Positions 9,615-18,948 of a stretch of DNA of 64,000 nt are shown piece after piece. Below the pieces are notes generated by a model. That model had not been told where the DNA came from. It did no database searches and worked only from the letters and a program-made list of their open reading frames with translations. How positions within the stretch are numbered: position 1 is the stretch's first letter; each line of letters starts with the position of its first letter. The stretch comes from Candidatus Omnitrophota bacterium. Lineage in GTDB: Bacteria > Omnitrophota > Gorgyraeia > Gygaellales > Profunditerraquicolaceae. Made by a program: the position numbers and the translations under genes. The stretch spans positions 15,001-79,000 of the forward strand of contig JAZDMX010000014.1 in the NCBI GenBank assembly GCA_043800555.1. The letters run 5' to 3'.

Positions 9615-10133
9615 GTGTTGCCTTTGCAGGCAAGGAGAAAAATGAAGAAAATAGTCAGTGTTGTTGGTGGCAGGGTTTGTAATAAGGAAGTGGAACGAAT
9701 TGCTCAAGAATTGGGTAAGAAACTTGCTAAAGTGGCTGATATACTCGTTTCTGGAGGCTTAAGTGGAGTAATGGAGGCGGTTTGCTCTGGTTTTAAGGCA
9801 GAAGGCGGCCTAACTATGGGTATTTTACCAAGTTACAATAAGGCAGATGCCAATAGATTTGTGGATATAGCTATCCCTACCGGCTTAGGATTAGCCAGAA
9901 ACGTTTTAGTGGTTAAAGCTGCTGATGTGGTGGTTGCGCTTCCGGGAAGGGCAGGAACGCTTTCGGAAATAGCTTATTGCATACAATTCGGGATACCGGT
10001 AATTACCCTGGGTTCCTGGGATATTCCCGGAGTAATAAAGTTAAATACCGTGGATGAGGTTGCGGCCAAGGTTAAAGAGTTGTTAAAAAGCCTGCCGGAA
10101 GGCAAGCAGGGAGTTAATAGTGAAAAGCCATGA
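9615..10133 (+). CDS. LOG/TIGR00725-family Rossmann-fold protein. The likely start is MKKIVSVVGG at 9642.
   Basis: VVGG...SGG...PGRAGTLSE motifs are typical of the LOG/SLOG nucleotide-binding family. Confidence 0.45.
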   Translation: MLPLQARRKMKKIVSVVGGRVCNKEVERIAQELGKKLAKVADILVSGGLSGVMEAVCSGFKAEGGLTMGILPSYNKADANRFVDIAIPTGLGLARNVLVVKAADVVVALPGRAGTLSEIAYCIQFGIPVITLGSWDIPGVIKLNTVDEVAAKVKELLKSLPEGKQGVNSEKP

Positions 10134-11730
10134 AATAAGCCCGACCAAAAACAGAAAAGTGGTTATATTGGGGGGCGGGCCGAATCGTATCGGGCAGGGA
10201 ATTGAGTTTGATTATTGCTGCTGCCATGCCTCTTACGCTTTAAAAGAGGAAGGCGTTGAAAGTATTATGGTTAATTGCAACCCGGAAACAGTCTCTACGG
10301 ACTACGATACCTCCGATAGGCTGTATTTTGAGCCGCTTACCTTTGAAGATATTATGAGCATTATCGAGTTGGAGCAGCCTATTGGCGTAATCGTGCAGTT
10401 TGGAGGACAGACGCCTTTGAATTTGGCCGTTCCTTTGCGTAAGGCAGGAGTAAAGCTTTTGGGGACTTCGGCCGACAGTATTGATATTGCCGAGGACAGG
10501 GAGCGCTTTAAACAAATGCTGCATAAATTAAATCTTCTTCAACCCGAGAACGGCACAGCCTTTAATTTCCAAGAAGCGAAGCTTGTGGCTAGAAGAATAG
10601 GGTACCCGGTTTTAGTGAGGCCTTCTTATGTTTTAGGCGGCAGGGCCATGGAGATTGTCTACGAGGAGAAAGTTTTAGAGAAATTCATTAAAGAGGCGGC
10701 CGCGGTTTCCGGGGAGCATCCGGTTTTAATCGATAAATTCCTGGAGGATGCGACAGAGGTCGACGTTGACCTTATCGGAGACGGTAAAGATTTTGTTATC
10801 GGCGGGATCCTGGAGCATATCGAGGAGGCAGGGATACACTCCGGCGATTCGGCCATGTCCCTGCCCGCTTATAGTTTATCCCAGGGGCTCTTGGATAAAG
10901 TCAGGGAAGCAACTTATAGCATGGCTAAAGAGCTCAATATATCAGGTTTAATGAACGTGCAGTATGCCATACAGGATAATAAAGTTTATGTTTTAGAGGT
11001 TAATCCCCGGGCAAGCCGGACAGTGCCTTTTGTTTCTAAGGCCATAGGAGTGCCGCTGGTCAAGCTGGCGACCAAAGCCATGCTGGCTAAGACGTTAAAA
11101 AGCCTCGGGTTTACCGGGGAAATTATCCCCAAACATGTTTCCGTCAAAGAATCGGTTTTTCCTTTTAACCGTTTTCCGGGAGTAGATGTGATCTTGGGCC
11201 CGGAAATGAAATCCACCGGCGAAGTAATGGGAATTGACAAGGATTTCGGGCTTGCTTATATTAAAAGCCAGATTTCCGCCGGGCAGAAGCTTCCGCGGAA
11301 AGGGAATGTTTTTATCTCGGTGCGAGATAATGACAAGAAAAACATCTACCCCTTAGCCAGGAAACTGGAAAAGCTAAGGTTCAATATTTACGCGACTTCC
11401 GGGACTGCCGCGGTCTTGCAAAAACATAAGATAAAGGTTAAGGTCTTGCCTAAGATTGCCGAGGGCTCTCCCAACGTCCTGGATTTAATGAAAAGCGGTA
11501 AAATCCAGATGGTGATCAATACTCCGTCCGGAAGAATTCCCCGTCAGGACGAGGTAAAGATACGCTCGCATGTAATTTCGTATAGCATTCCTTATACTAC
11601 AACTATCTCAGGCGCCCAGGCAACTGTTAACGGGCTGGAATCTTTGGCCAAAAACAATTTAGCGGTTAAATCTTTACAAGAATATCACAAGGTGCCAGTA
11701 TGCCGGAATTGCCGGAAGTCGAAACGATAA
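10120..11730 (+). CDS. carB: Carbamoyl-phosphate synthase large subunit, C-terminal half only (second ATP-grasp plus MGS-like domain).
   Basis: Starts KVVILGGGPNRIGQGIEFDYCCCHA (the second CPSase repeat) and ends with an MGS-like domain. At 536 aa it is about half of a full CarB. Confidence 0.8.
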   Translation: MKSHEISPTKNRKVVILGGGPNRIGQGIEFDYCCCHASYALKEEGVESIMVNCNPETVSTDYDTSDRLYFEPLTFEDIMSIIELEQPIGVIVQFGGQTPLNLAVPLRKAGVKLLGTSADSIDIAEDRERFKQMLHKLNLLQPENGTAFNFQEAKLVARRIGYPVLVRPSYVLGGRAMEIVYEEKVLEKFIKEAAAVSGEHPVLIDKFLEDATEVDVDLIGDGKDFVIGGILEHIEEAGIHSGDSAMSLPAYSLSQGLLDKVREATYSMAKELNISGLMNVQYAIQDNKVYVLEVNPRASRTVPFVSKAIGVPLVKLATKAMLAKTLKSLGFTGEIIPKHVSVKESVFPFNRFPGVDVILGPEMKSTGEVMGIDKDFGLAYIKSQISAGQKLPRKGNVFISVRDNDKKNIYPLARKLEKLRFNIYATSGTAAVLQKHKIKVKVLPKIAEGSPNVLDLMKSGKIQMVINTPSGRIPRQDEVKIRSHVISYSIPYTTTISGAQATVNGLESLAKNNLAVKSLQEYHKVPVCRNCRKSKR

Positions 11731-12500
11731 GAAGAGATTTAGAAAGATTAGTCTTAGGCAAAAAGATTACCGAAGTTTGCGTGAATAATCCCAGGGTAAT
11801 TCGCGAGCCGGAGGTTTCAGGATTTAGAAAATGGCTTACAGGGGCGACGATAAAAAATATTTTACGCCGGGCCAAGCTATTGATTTTAGAGTTGTCTAAC
11901 GGGAAGTATCTGACGATACACCTTAAAATGACCGGGCAATTGGTTTATCCGGGAGCAGGTAAAAATAGCCGGGTAGCCTTTCATCTATCTAACGGGAAAA
12001 TTCTGGATTTCAACGATCAGAGGTTATTTGCGGAATTAAGGGTTTTGGATGATTGGCATACATTAAAATTTATTCAAGGATTAGGCCCGGAACCCGAAGA
12101 TTTAAGTTTATCGGAATTTAAAAGCAGGCTCGCTGGCAAAAAAACCAAGGTCAAGCCTTTATTGCTGGATCAGGCGTTTATTTCGGGAATCGGCAATATT
12201 TACGCCTCCGAGATCTTATTTCGGGCGAGGATCCGTCCTGAGCGCCGGGCAAACGAGTTAACGGATAAAGAAAAGGAATTGCTCTTTAAGGCGATTAATG
12301 ATATTTTGAAAGCGGCGATTGAGCACGCCGGTTCATCCGTTGATGATTATGTGCGGGTTTCCGGGGAAAAGGGCGGGTACGTCAAATACCACAAGGTTTA
12401 TGGCAGAGAAGGCAAAGAATGTTTAGCGTGTAAAACAATAATTAAGAGAATAAATCAGGGAGGAAGAGGCACCTATTTTTGCCCTAAGTGCCAAAAGTAA
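11700..12500 (+). CDS. mutM: Formamidopyrimidine-DNA glycosylase.
   Basis: N-terminal MPELPEVE (catalytic Pro2) and a C-terminal zinc finger CxxC...CPKCQ. Confidence 0.8.
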   Translation: MPELPEVETIRRDLERLVLGKKITEVCVNNPRVIREPEVSGFRKWLTGATIKNILRRAKLLILELSNGKYLTIHLKMTGQLVYPGAGKNSRVAFHLSNGKILDFNDQRLFAELRVLDDWHTLKFIQGLGPEPEDLSLSEFKSRLAGKKTKVKPLLLDQAFISGIGNIYASEILFRARIRPERRANELTDKEKELLFKAINDILKAAIEHAGSSVDDYVRVSGEKGGYVKYHKVYGREGKECLACKTIIKRINQGGRGTYFCPKCQK

Positions 12501-12504
12501 GAAA

Positions 12505-13077
12505 ATGAAGAAAAGGATAAAAATTAACGGGATAATTATGGGCCTAGCCTTAATCCTTGTCGCATATTTTCGGCAAACATTTTTCCGCCCGGATAATCCC
12601 GGGTGGCTAGAAAATTCCCTGAAGATAACCGGCTTGCTTTTTTTATTGCTAGGCCAGCTCATTCGCGTTTCAGCCCGGGGATACAAATCCGAGCATTCTA
12701 AGAATAGCCATGCCTTGATTGAGGGAGGGCCTTATCAAGTAGTGCGCAATCCCATGTATCTGGGCATTCTTTTAATCGGGCTGGGCGTGTCGCTTTTGAT
12801 CTTTAACTGGTGGGTAGCCCCATTGTTTCTCTTGATTTTTGCTTCGCGATACCTTCCGTTAATTCTCAGCGAAGAAAAGAAACTACGCAATATGTTTCCC
12901 GGAAGCTATGAGGCGTATTGCCGTAAGGTTCCGCGCATGCTGCCTCGGGGCTTTGGGTCTATGAAAGCCGGACTAAAGGAGAGTTTGCCGGTAAAACCGG
13001 CCTGGTTTAAGAAAGAACTAAACTCGATAATCCCGCTTTTAATATTGATTTTGTTGTTTTTTCTCTGGAGAAGATGA
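12505..13077 (+). CDS. Membrane methyltransferase of the ICMT/PEMT family.
   Basis: Polytopic membrane protein with the RNPMYLG motif. Confidence 0.55.
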   Translation: MKKRIKINGIIMGLALILVAYFRQTFFRPDNPGWLENSLKITGLLFLLLGQLIRVSARGYKSEHSKNSHALIEGGPYQVVRNPMYLGILLIGLGVSLLIFNWWVAPLFLLIFASRYLPLILSEEKKLRNMFPGSYEAYCRKVPRMLPRGFGSMKAGLKESLPVKPAWFKKELNSIIPLLILILLFFLWRR

Positions 13078-13874
13078 AAAAGACCCAGATGGAAGCAAGA
13101 ATACTATCGCAAACCAGGATAAAGGGCAATTACTGGCATTCTGAATTACTGGCTCCGCGGATTGCCAAGAACGCCCTTCCCGGGCAATTTATCAATATCC
13201 GGGTAAGCGATAATTTTGATCCGTTTTTAAGAAGGCCGATTAGCATACACGGAGTTAGCGCGACTAGCGTAAGGATCTTTTATGAAGTGGTGGGCAAAGC
13301 CACAGAGGCCTTGGCGCAAAAGAAAGCGGGGGAAAGCTTGGATATTATTGGCCCGCTGGGCAATGGTTTTGATTTTGGGAAACGGATGGCGGGTAACGAA
13401 AAACAGGTATTGGTGGCCGGAGGCATGGGTGTTGCTCCTTTAATGTTCGCCGCGCAAAGGCTTATGGAAAACGAAAAACGAAAAACGAAAGGCAGGGTTA
13501 TTGTTTTGATCGGGGCGCGCCGGAAAGACGATTTGCTTTGCGCCAATGATTTTAAAAAACTCGGTTGCGATGTAAGGATCGCTACTGACGACGGCTCAAA
13601 CGGATTTAAGGGCAGGGTTAGCGATTTACTCGAGCATCTGCTATCGGCTATCGATTATCGGTTATCGGCTGTGTATGCTTGTGGCCCAAAGCCGATGCTT
13701 CAGGCAGTGGCGGATATTTCTAATGAATACGGGTTGGCGGCGCAGCTATCTTTGGAAGAGCATATGAGTTGCGGGATCGGGGCCTGCCTGGGTTGCGTGG
13801 TTAAAACCAAGGCAGGATTAAAGCGGGTTTGTAAAGAAGGCCCGGTATTCTTGGCTAAAGATTTAGCCTGGTGA
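13074..13874 (+). CDS. pyrK: Dihydroorotate dehydrogenase electron-transfer subunit.
   Basis: FAD/NAD-binding ferredoxin-reductase fold plus a C-terminal [2Fe-2S] motif CGIGACLGC. Confidence 0.8.
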   Translation: MKKTQMEARILSQTRIKGNYWHSELLAPRIAKNALPGQFINIRVSDNFDPFLRRPISIHGVSATSVRIFYEVVGKATEALAQKKAGESLDIIGPLGNGFDFGKRMAGNEKQVLVAGGMGVAPLMFAAQRLMENEKRKTKGRVIVLIGARRKDDLLCANDFKKLGCDVRIATDDGSNGFKGRVSDLLEHLLSAIDYRLSAVYACGPKPMLQAVADISNEYGLAAQLSLEEHMSCGIGACLGCVVKTKAGLKRVCKEGPVFLAKDLAW

Positions 13875-14797
13875 AGAAAATGAAAGCCAATCTTGCGGTA
13901 GAAATAGGAAAATTAAGATTAAATAACCCGGTAATGGTCGCTTCCGGGACTTTTGGTTATGCCGAAGAATTCAAGGATTTCCTGGATTTAAAGAAGCTGG
14001 GTGCTATTGTTACCAAGACCATAACCTTGAAACCGCGCAAAGGCAATCCCGGGCCGCGCACTTGCGAAACCATCGGCGGCATGCTTAACTCTATTGGCTT
14101 AGAGACCCCGGGGTTGGATAGTTTTATCAAAGATAAGCTTCCTTTTTTAAGAAAGCTGGGTGTTCCTATAATTATGAGCGTGGCTTCCGAAGAAGCTCCG
14201 GAGGAATTCCCGGAGCTTATGTCACGGTTAGACAAAATTGAAGAAGTGGCGGCAATCGAATTGAACATCTCTTGTCCTAACGTGCAAGGCAAAGAGGGCT
14301 TGATCTCGCAGGACCCCGGGGCTACCCATAAAATCGTCCAGGAAGCGCGTAAGATTACCGATAAAACCCTTATTGCTAAGCTTTCTCCCAATGTTACGTC
14401 TATTTCCGCGATCGCTAAGTCGGCTGAGGATGCCGGCGCTGACGCGGTTTCCTTGATTAATACCCTGTCAGGGATGAGCATAGACGTAGAGCAAAGAAGG
14501 CCCAAGGTTGCTTGCGTAACCGCGGGGCTAAGCGGCCCGGCAATCCGGCCGGTTGCCGTAAAGATGGTTTGGGAAGTTTTTAATAAGGTCAAGATCCCGG
14601 TTATCGGAATGGGCGGCATAATGGATGTGGAGAGCGCCCTGGAATTTATCATTGCCGGCTCCAGCGCCGTAAGTATCGGAACGGCAAACTTCATAAACCC
14701 TAGAATAAGCGCAGATATAGCCTCCGGGTTAAAAGAATATTTAATCAAAAACAAAATAATTGATATTAAGGAGCTTGTTGGGAGCCTAAGAATATGA
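13871..14797 (+). CDS. pyrD: Dihydroorotate dehydrogenase catalytic subunit (class 1B).
   Basis: TIM-barrel DHODH motifs (ASGTFGY, NISCPN, GGI). Confidence 0.85.
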   Translation: MKKMKANLAVEIGKLRLNNPVMVASGTFGYAEEFKDFLDLKKLGAIVTKTITLKPRKGNPGPRTCETIGGMLNSIGLETPGLDSFIKDKLPFLRKLGVPIIMSVASEEAPEEFPELMSRLDKIEEVAAIELNISCPNVQGKEGLISQDPGATHKIVQEARKITDKTLIAKLSPNVTSISAIAKSAEDAGADAVSLINTLSGMSIDVEQRRPKVACVTAGLSGPAIRPVAVKMVWEVFNKVKIPVIGMGGIMDVESALEFIIAGSSAVSIGTANFINPRISADIASGLKEYLIKNKIIDIKELVGSLRI

Positions 14798-15459
14798 AAG
14801 CAGAGATAATCCTGGCTTTGGATGTGGATAGTTTTAGCAAAGCAAAATATTTTGTCCGTAAGCTCTATCCCGAAATCAAAATATTTAAAGTAGGCATGCA
14901 GCTTTATACCTCCGTGGGCCCCAAGGCAATAAAAATGATCCATGAAAATGGCGGGGAGGTTTTTCTGGACTTGAAATTTCTCGATATTCCCAATACTGTC
15001 GCTAAAGCTGTGCGCGAGGCGATGCGCCACAGAGTTAAAATGCTTACTCTGCATATATCCGGCGGAGAAGAAATGCTTAAAGCCGCGGTATCTGCTGCTA
15101 AAGACGAAGCTAAGAGATTAAAGATCAAAAAGCCGTTATTAGTTGGAGTTACAGTTTTAACCAGTCAAAAATCCACTCTTGCCCGGGTGCTGAAACTTGC
15201 TAGAATCGGGATTAACTCGGGGTTAGACGGAGTGGTTTGTTCAGCCTTAGAAGCCAAAAGCTTAAGAAGCAAGATTAAAAGTAGATTTGTGATAGTCACT
15301 CCGGGGATCAGGCCGGCGGGAGTAGATAAAAACGACCAAAAGCGAGTCACTACTGTGTCCGAAGCGATTAAAGCCGGAAGCAACCTCTTGGTTATTGGCC
15401 GGCCGATATTAGAAGCGCTTGATCCGCTAAAAGTAGCAAAGTCTTTAAAGGTAAATTAA
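14794..15459 (+). CDS. pyrF: Orotidine 5'-phosphate decarboxylase.
   Basis: ILALDV...KVGMQLY...DLKFLDIPNT motifs. Confidence 0.8.
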   Translation: MKAEIILALDVDSFSKAKYFVRKLYPEIKIFKVGMQLYTSVGPKAIKMIHENGGEVFLDLKFLDIPNTVAKAVREAMRHRVKMLTLHISGGEEMLKAAVSAAKDEAKRLKIKKPLLVGVTVLTSQKSTLARVLKLARIGINSGLDGVVCSALEAKSLRSKIKSRFVIVTPGIRPAGVDKNDQKRVTTVSEAIKAGSNLLVIGRPILEALDPLKVAKSLKVN

Positions 15460-15474
15460 AAGGGAGAAAGGTTT

Positions 15475-15876
15475 ATGCCTAAGAAACTAGCTGTATTCAT
15501 TTCTTCTCTGATTTTGTTGACGAATATTTGCGGTTGCGCCGCCTTGATAGTGGGAAGCGTGGCCGGCGGGGCAGGGACAGCGGTTTGGCTATCCGGAAAA
15601 TTGGTCCAGTATGTGGATTTCCCGCTTGATCAGGTAACAAGGGCCGCCAAAGATTCGTTAGAATCGGACAAAATTACTTTAATCAGCAAAGAAACGATTT
15701 CTTCCGGGCATGCCGTGGTTCAAATCCGGAGCAGATATGCCAGCGGAGAAAGAGTGCGCGTAGATATTCATAAAATTACCGAAACAAGATCGCGTATCGA
15801 GATACGGGTTGGCACGCTGATAGGCAACAAGGAAGCCGCGGACAAAATCTTAAAAGGCATTACCGGGCGGTTGTAA
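15475..15876 (+). CDS. Small lipoprotein, possibly DUF3568-like.
   Basis: Lipobox LTNICGC after the signal peptide. Confidence 0.35.
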   Translation: MPKKLAVFISSLILLTNICGCAALIVGSVAGGAGTAVWLSGKLVQYVDFPLDQVTRAAKDSLESDKITLISKETISSGHAVVQIRSRYASGERVRVDIHKITETRSRIEIRVGTLIGNKEAADKILKGITGRL

Positions 15877-15911
15877 TATAAAACAATTTGTTCTTTTGAT
15901 ATAAAATAAAT

Positions 15912-15946
15912 TGACATTACGAACCACCAGTAGTATATTATCAGAT
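15912..15946 (+). promoter_or_regulatory. Sigma70-like promoter.
   Basis: TTGACA, a 17-nt spacer, then TATATT upstream of the 15967 ORF. Confidence 0.35.
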
Positions 15947-15966
15947 AATAAGTACGGGGGTTCGGA

Positions 15967-16659
15967 TTGAGAACAGAAGAAAGAATAAAAGCAAGGAAGT
16001 TGCGTGCCCGGGGTTTATCTCTTGGGGAGATTTCCGAGAAAATCAAGTGTTCTAAGAGCTCGGTAAGCGGATGGGTGCGAGACATCCCTCTGACTGCCGG
16101 GCAAATCGCAAGGCTTAAGTCAAAGCAAGATAGAGGTCGTGCCAGTGCCGCCAACCACCCTAATAGCCCTAAGCAAGTTTGGGGGAAAATCCGTAGCGAT
16201 ATCGTAACTTCTGCAATCCAAGAAATTCCCGTAGTTCCCTCGAACTTGGCGTTAAAAGCCGTGGGGGCCGCATTATATTGGGGCGAAGGATGTAAAGCGG
16301 TAGTTAATATGGTCAGTTTTAGCAACTCCGATCCTGAAATGGTGGCTTTGATGATGAAGTTTTTTAGAGAAATATGCAAAGTCCCAAAAGTTAAATTTCG
16401 TGGCGCAGTGCGTATCAACCCGCATTTAGATAAAATAAAAGCCGAGAAATTTTGGTCGAAGGTTAGCGGGATACCGCTAACGCAATTTCATAAAACTCAA
16501 TTCGGGATTAGCAGAGCAAGTAAGCATAAAAGAAATTCATTGCCCTTGGGCACCTTTAATATAATAATATGTGATACCCGTCTTCAGTCAAGGATTAGGG
16601 GTTGGATTAAAGGCCTGGAGAGATGGATTAATATTCGGGCGGTTGGCGCAATTGGTTAG
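15967..16659 (+). CDS. Hypothetical HTH DNA-binding protein with a LAGLIDADG-like motif; its 3' end overlaps tRNA-Val.
   Basis: N-terminal resolvase-type HTH (GLSLGEISEKIKCSKSSVSGWVRD). An internal ALYWGEGCK...SFSNSDPEMVALMMKFF stretch resembles a degenerate LAGLIDADG motif followed by a helix. Confidence 0.3.
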   Translation: MRTEERIKARKLRARGLSLGEISEKIKCSKSSVSGWVRDIPLTAGQIARLKSKQDRGRASAANHPNSPKQVWGKIRSDIVTSAIQEIPVVPSNLALKAVGAALYWGEGCKAVVNMVSFSNSDPEMVALMMKFFREICKVPKVKFRGAVRINPHLDKIKAEKFWSKVSGIPLTQFHKTQFGISRASKHKRNSLPLGTFNIIICDTRLQSRIRGWIKGLERWINIRAVGAIG

Positions 16660-16714
16660 CGCGCCTGATTTACATTCAGGAGGTTTACAGGTTCAAGTCC
16701 TGTACCGCCCACCA
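16637..16714 (+). tRNA. tRNA-Val (anticodon TAC) with encoded CCA.
   Basis: Acceptor GGGCGGT/ACCGCCC, anticodon stem CCTGA/TCAGG with loop TTTACAT, T-arm ACAGG-TTCAAGT-CCTGT, and a terminal ACCA. Confidence 0.7.
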
Positions 16715-16779
16715 ATTTAACCGAAAAACCTATTGCAAGTTTGCTGTTTTTAGGTTAAAATTTACATCCTTATGTTTGT

Positions 16780-16855
16780 GGGGTCGTAGCTTAGCCCGGC
16801 TTAAAGCGCCTCCCTGTCACGGAGGAGATCGCGAGTCCGAATCTCGTCGGCCCCG
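16780..16855 (+). tRNA. tRNA-Asp (anticodon GTC).
   Basis: Anticodon arm CCTCC-CTGTCAC-GGAGG and T-arm GCGAG-TCCGAAT-CTCGT closely match the bacterial tRNA-Asp pattern. Acceptor GGGGTCG/CGGCCCC has one G-U pair. Confidence 0.65.
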
Positions 16856-16947
16856 TTAATTTCCGCTATCAAAGTCTGAAATTAATCCCGAGCCCCAACT
16901 ACAATTGCTTCTGGGGCGAGGGATCTAAGTTCCCGTAGTTTCCACTG

Positions 16948-16978
16948 TCCCCATAATTGCTTATGGGGATTTTTATTT
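16948..16978 (+). terminator. Rho-independent terminator after the tRNA pair.
   Basis: The stem cccca/tgggg with a 10-nt loop is followed by ATTTTTATTT. Confidence 0.5.
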
Positions 16979-17037
16979 GGTTTTCCTGCCGGATTTTATG
17001 GTATAATTACTTTGACTGTTAAACTTTGGGAGGATAG

Positions 17038-17358
17038 ATGGCCACGATTGATGATTTTAGAAAGATAGAGCTAAAAGTCGCTCAAATTAAAGAAGTTAGC
17101 GAGCATCCTAACGCGGATAAACTTTTGGTTTTGACTTTGGATTTGGGAGACAGGACTAAGCAGGTCGTTGCCGGGATCAAAAGCGCCTACACCAGGGAAA
17201 CGCTTCTAGGTAAATATGTAGTCTTGGTCGATAATTTGGATCCGGCCCTGTTACGTGGCGTCGAGAGCCAGGGGATGGTCTTGGCCGGTTCAGATGAATC
17301 CGGAGTAGTGATTATCAGCCCGGAAAGGCCTTTGAAATTAGGAAGCATAGTCAAATGA
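17038..17358 (+). CDS. csaA: tRNA-binding protein of the CsaA/Trbp111 family.
   Basis: EMAP/tRNA-binding OB-fold motifs (DFRKIELKVAQI...HPNADKL, NLDPALLRGVESQGM). An extended -10 promoter TGgTATAAT lies at 16999-17007. Confidence 0.65.
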   Translation: MATIDDFRKIELKVAQIKEVSEHPNADKLLVLTLDLGDRTKQVVAGIKSAYTRETLLGKYVVLVDNLDPALLRGVESQGMVLAGSDESGVVIISPERPLKLGSIVK

Positions 17359-17406
17359 AGGCACAATTTACGGAACGAAGCAAACCCGAATTGCTGTCAT
17401 TAAAAG

Positions 17407-17916
17407 ATGATCAAACAATTTATCCCGGAGAGCGCCTGTCTTGAATGCCAGGGATGCTGCCGGTTCAAGGAAATCGATTCTGTCTGGACCCCCTGCTTAT
17501 TAGAAGAAGAGGCCCAGGACTTAATCGATAAAGATATTCCGCCTGCCTATATTAATATACAGAAGAAAATCCGCCCGGTCCCTGATCCTAAAAGCGGGGG
17601 ATTTGCCTGCGCTTTCCTTGAAACCGAAAGTAATAAGTGCAAAATCTATACTATGCGCCCTTTCGAATGCCAGCTGTATCCATTTTTGATTACTTTAAGA
17701 AATAAAAAAGTAATTCTTACCGTGGATTTAAATTGTCCGTACATAAAAGAAAACCTGGATAAAAAAGAATTCCAGGAACACGTTAGTTATTTATCCGCCT
17801 ACTTGAATGCTCCCAAGCAGTTGGAGATGTTAAGAAATAACCCTCAAATCATCCAAGCTTATGAAGATGTCCTGGATGTGATTGAACTACAACTACCTGG
17901 GCCGCCCCTCTCTTGA
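17407..17916 (+). CDS. YkgJ/UPF0153-family zinc/iron-chelating Cys-cluster protein.
   Basis: CxxCxxCC at the N-terminus and a second cluster CAF...CKIY...ECQLYPF. Confidence 0.5.
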   Translation: MIKQFIPESACLECQGCCRFKEIDSVWTPCLLEEEAQDLIDKDIPPAYINIQKKIRPVPDPKSGGFACAFLETESNKCKIYTMRPFECQLYPFLITLRNKKVILTVDLNCPYIKENLDKKEFQEHVSYLSAYLNAPKQLEMLRNNPQIIQAYEDVLDVIELQLPGPPLS

Positions 17917-17974
17917 TGCAGTTGCTGCAGGCGGAATTGATAAGTCGGGGGTAAACGGCGGGAAGGAATGACGG

Positions 17975-18907
17975 GTGGCGCTGAACAGGCTTAAGCTTAG
18001 CGACAAGAAAATATTCGATAAATATCTGGGTTTTGAAAAGCACGGGTTATCCGTATATAATTTCGCGAATATTTATATCTGGAGGAAGTTCTTTGATATC
18101 CGCTGGGCCTTGATCGAAAACAATTTGTGCGTGTTTTTTCAGGATAAGATCGGCGCGTTTTTGTACCTTTCTCCTTTAGGAAAAAACAAGGGCCCTCAAA
18201 TTACAAAAGAAGTCTTTCGGACCCTCGGAAAACTAAATAAGAACCCGGAGTTTGCCCATATTGAAAATGTTGAGGAGAAGGACCTGGACTTTTACAAGGA
18301 GCCGGGCTTTAAGAGCGAATTAAAAGCTTGCGATTATCTTTGTAGGCGGTCAGATTTAGCCGGGCTTAAGGGGAATAAATTTAAATCCAAGCGATCAAGC
18401 CACAATTATTTTATCAAACACAATGATTTTACTTGCGGGAAAATTTTGCTAAAAGACAGGAGAGTTTGCGCGAAGTTGTACAACCTTTGGCAAAAGCAGA
18501 GGCAGGCGGATTATCCGGATCCTATTTACCGGGGATTATTAAATGATGGCGCGATTGCCTTAAAAGAGGCCCTGGATAATTACAAGGCGCTAGGTTTTCA
18601 GGGTGTTATAGTCAAGATAAATAAAGAAGCAAAGGGTTTTACTTTCGGTTTTGAACTGGATCCGGACACCTTTTGCATATTGTATGAGATAACCGATCTC
18701 TCGGTTAAGGGTTTGGCCCAATTTATTTTCCGCGCTTTTTGCCAGGAATTAAAAAAATACAAGTTTATCAATGTTATGGATGATTCTGGCCTGGAAAACC
18801 TGAAAAAAGTAAAATTGTCGTATCATCCGCAGAAACTTATTCCGGCCTATATTGTAAGAAATAAAACACCGGAGCCGTCCCTGCCAATTCCGCCTGTGGC
18901 CGGCTGA
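17975..18907 (+). CDS. Hypothetical protein.
   Basis: ORF only; no confident motif. It may have an acyltransferase-like fold. Confidence 0.25.
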   Translation: MALNRLKLSDKKIFDKYLGFEKHGLSVYNFANIYIWRKFFDIRWALIENNLCVFFQDKIGAFLYLSPLGKNKGPQITKEVFRTLGKLNKNPEFAHIENVEEKDLDFYKEPGFKSELKACDYLCRRSDLAGLKGNKFKSKRSSHNYFIKHNDFTCGKILLKDRRVCAKLYNLWQKQRQADYPDPIYRGLLNDGAIALKEALDNYKALGFQGVIVKINKEAKGFTFGFELDPDTFCILYEITDLSVKGLAQFIFRAFCQELKKYKFINVMDDSGLENLKKVKLSYHPQKLIPAYIVRNKTPEPSLPIPPVAG

Positions 18908-18948
18908 GGCAAGCCCTTAGGGAGATTGTTCCGTAGCAAAAGCCGCTT

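Noticed and set aside
13466-13483. (GAAAAC)x3 hexamer repeat in pyrK.
   Set aside because: In-frame low-complexity stretch (ENEKRKTK). Copy change would not frameshift, so it is unremarkable.
13957-15054. 365-aa minus-strand ORF.
   Set aside because: It lies entirely antisense to pyrD/pyrF, which have strong motifs. It has a low-complexity Ser/Leu-rich composition typical of a shadow ORF.
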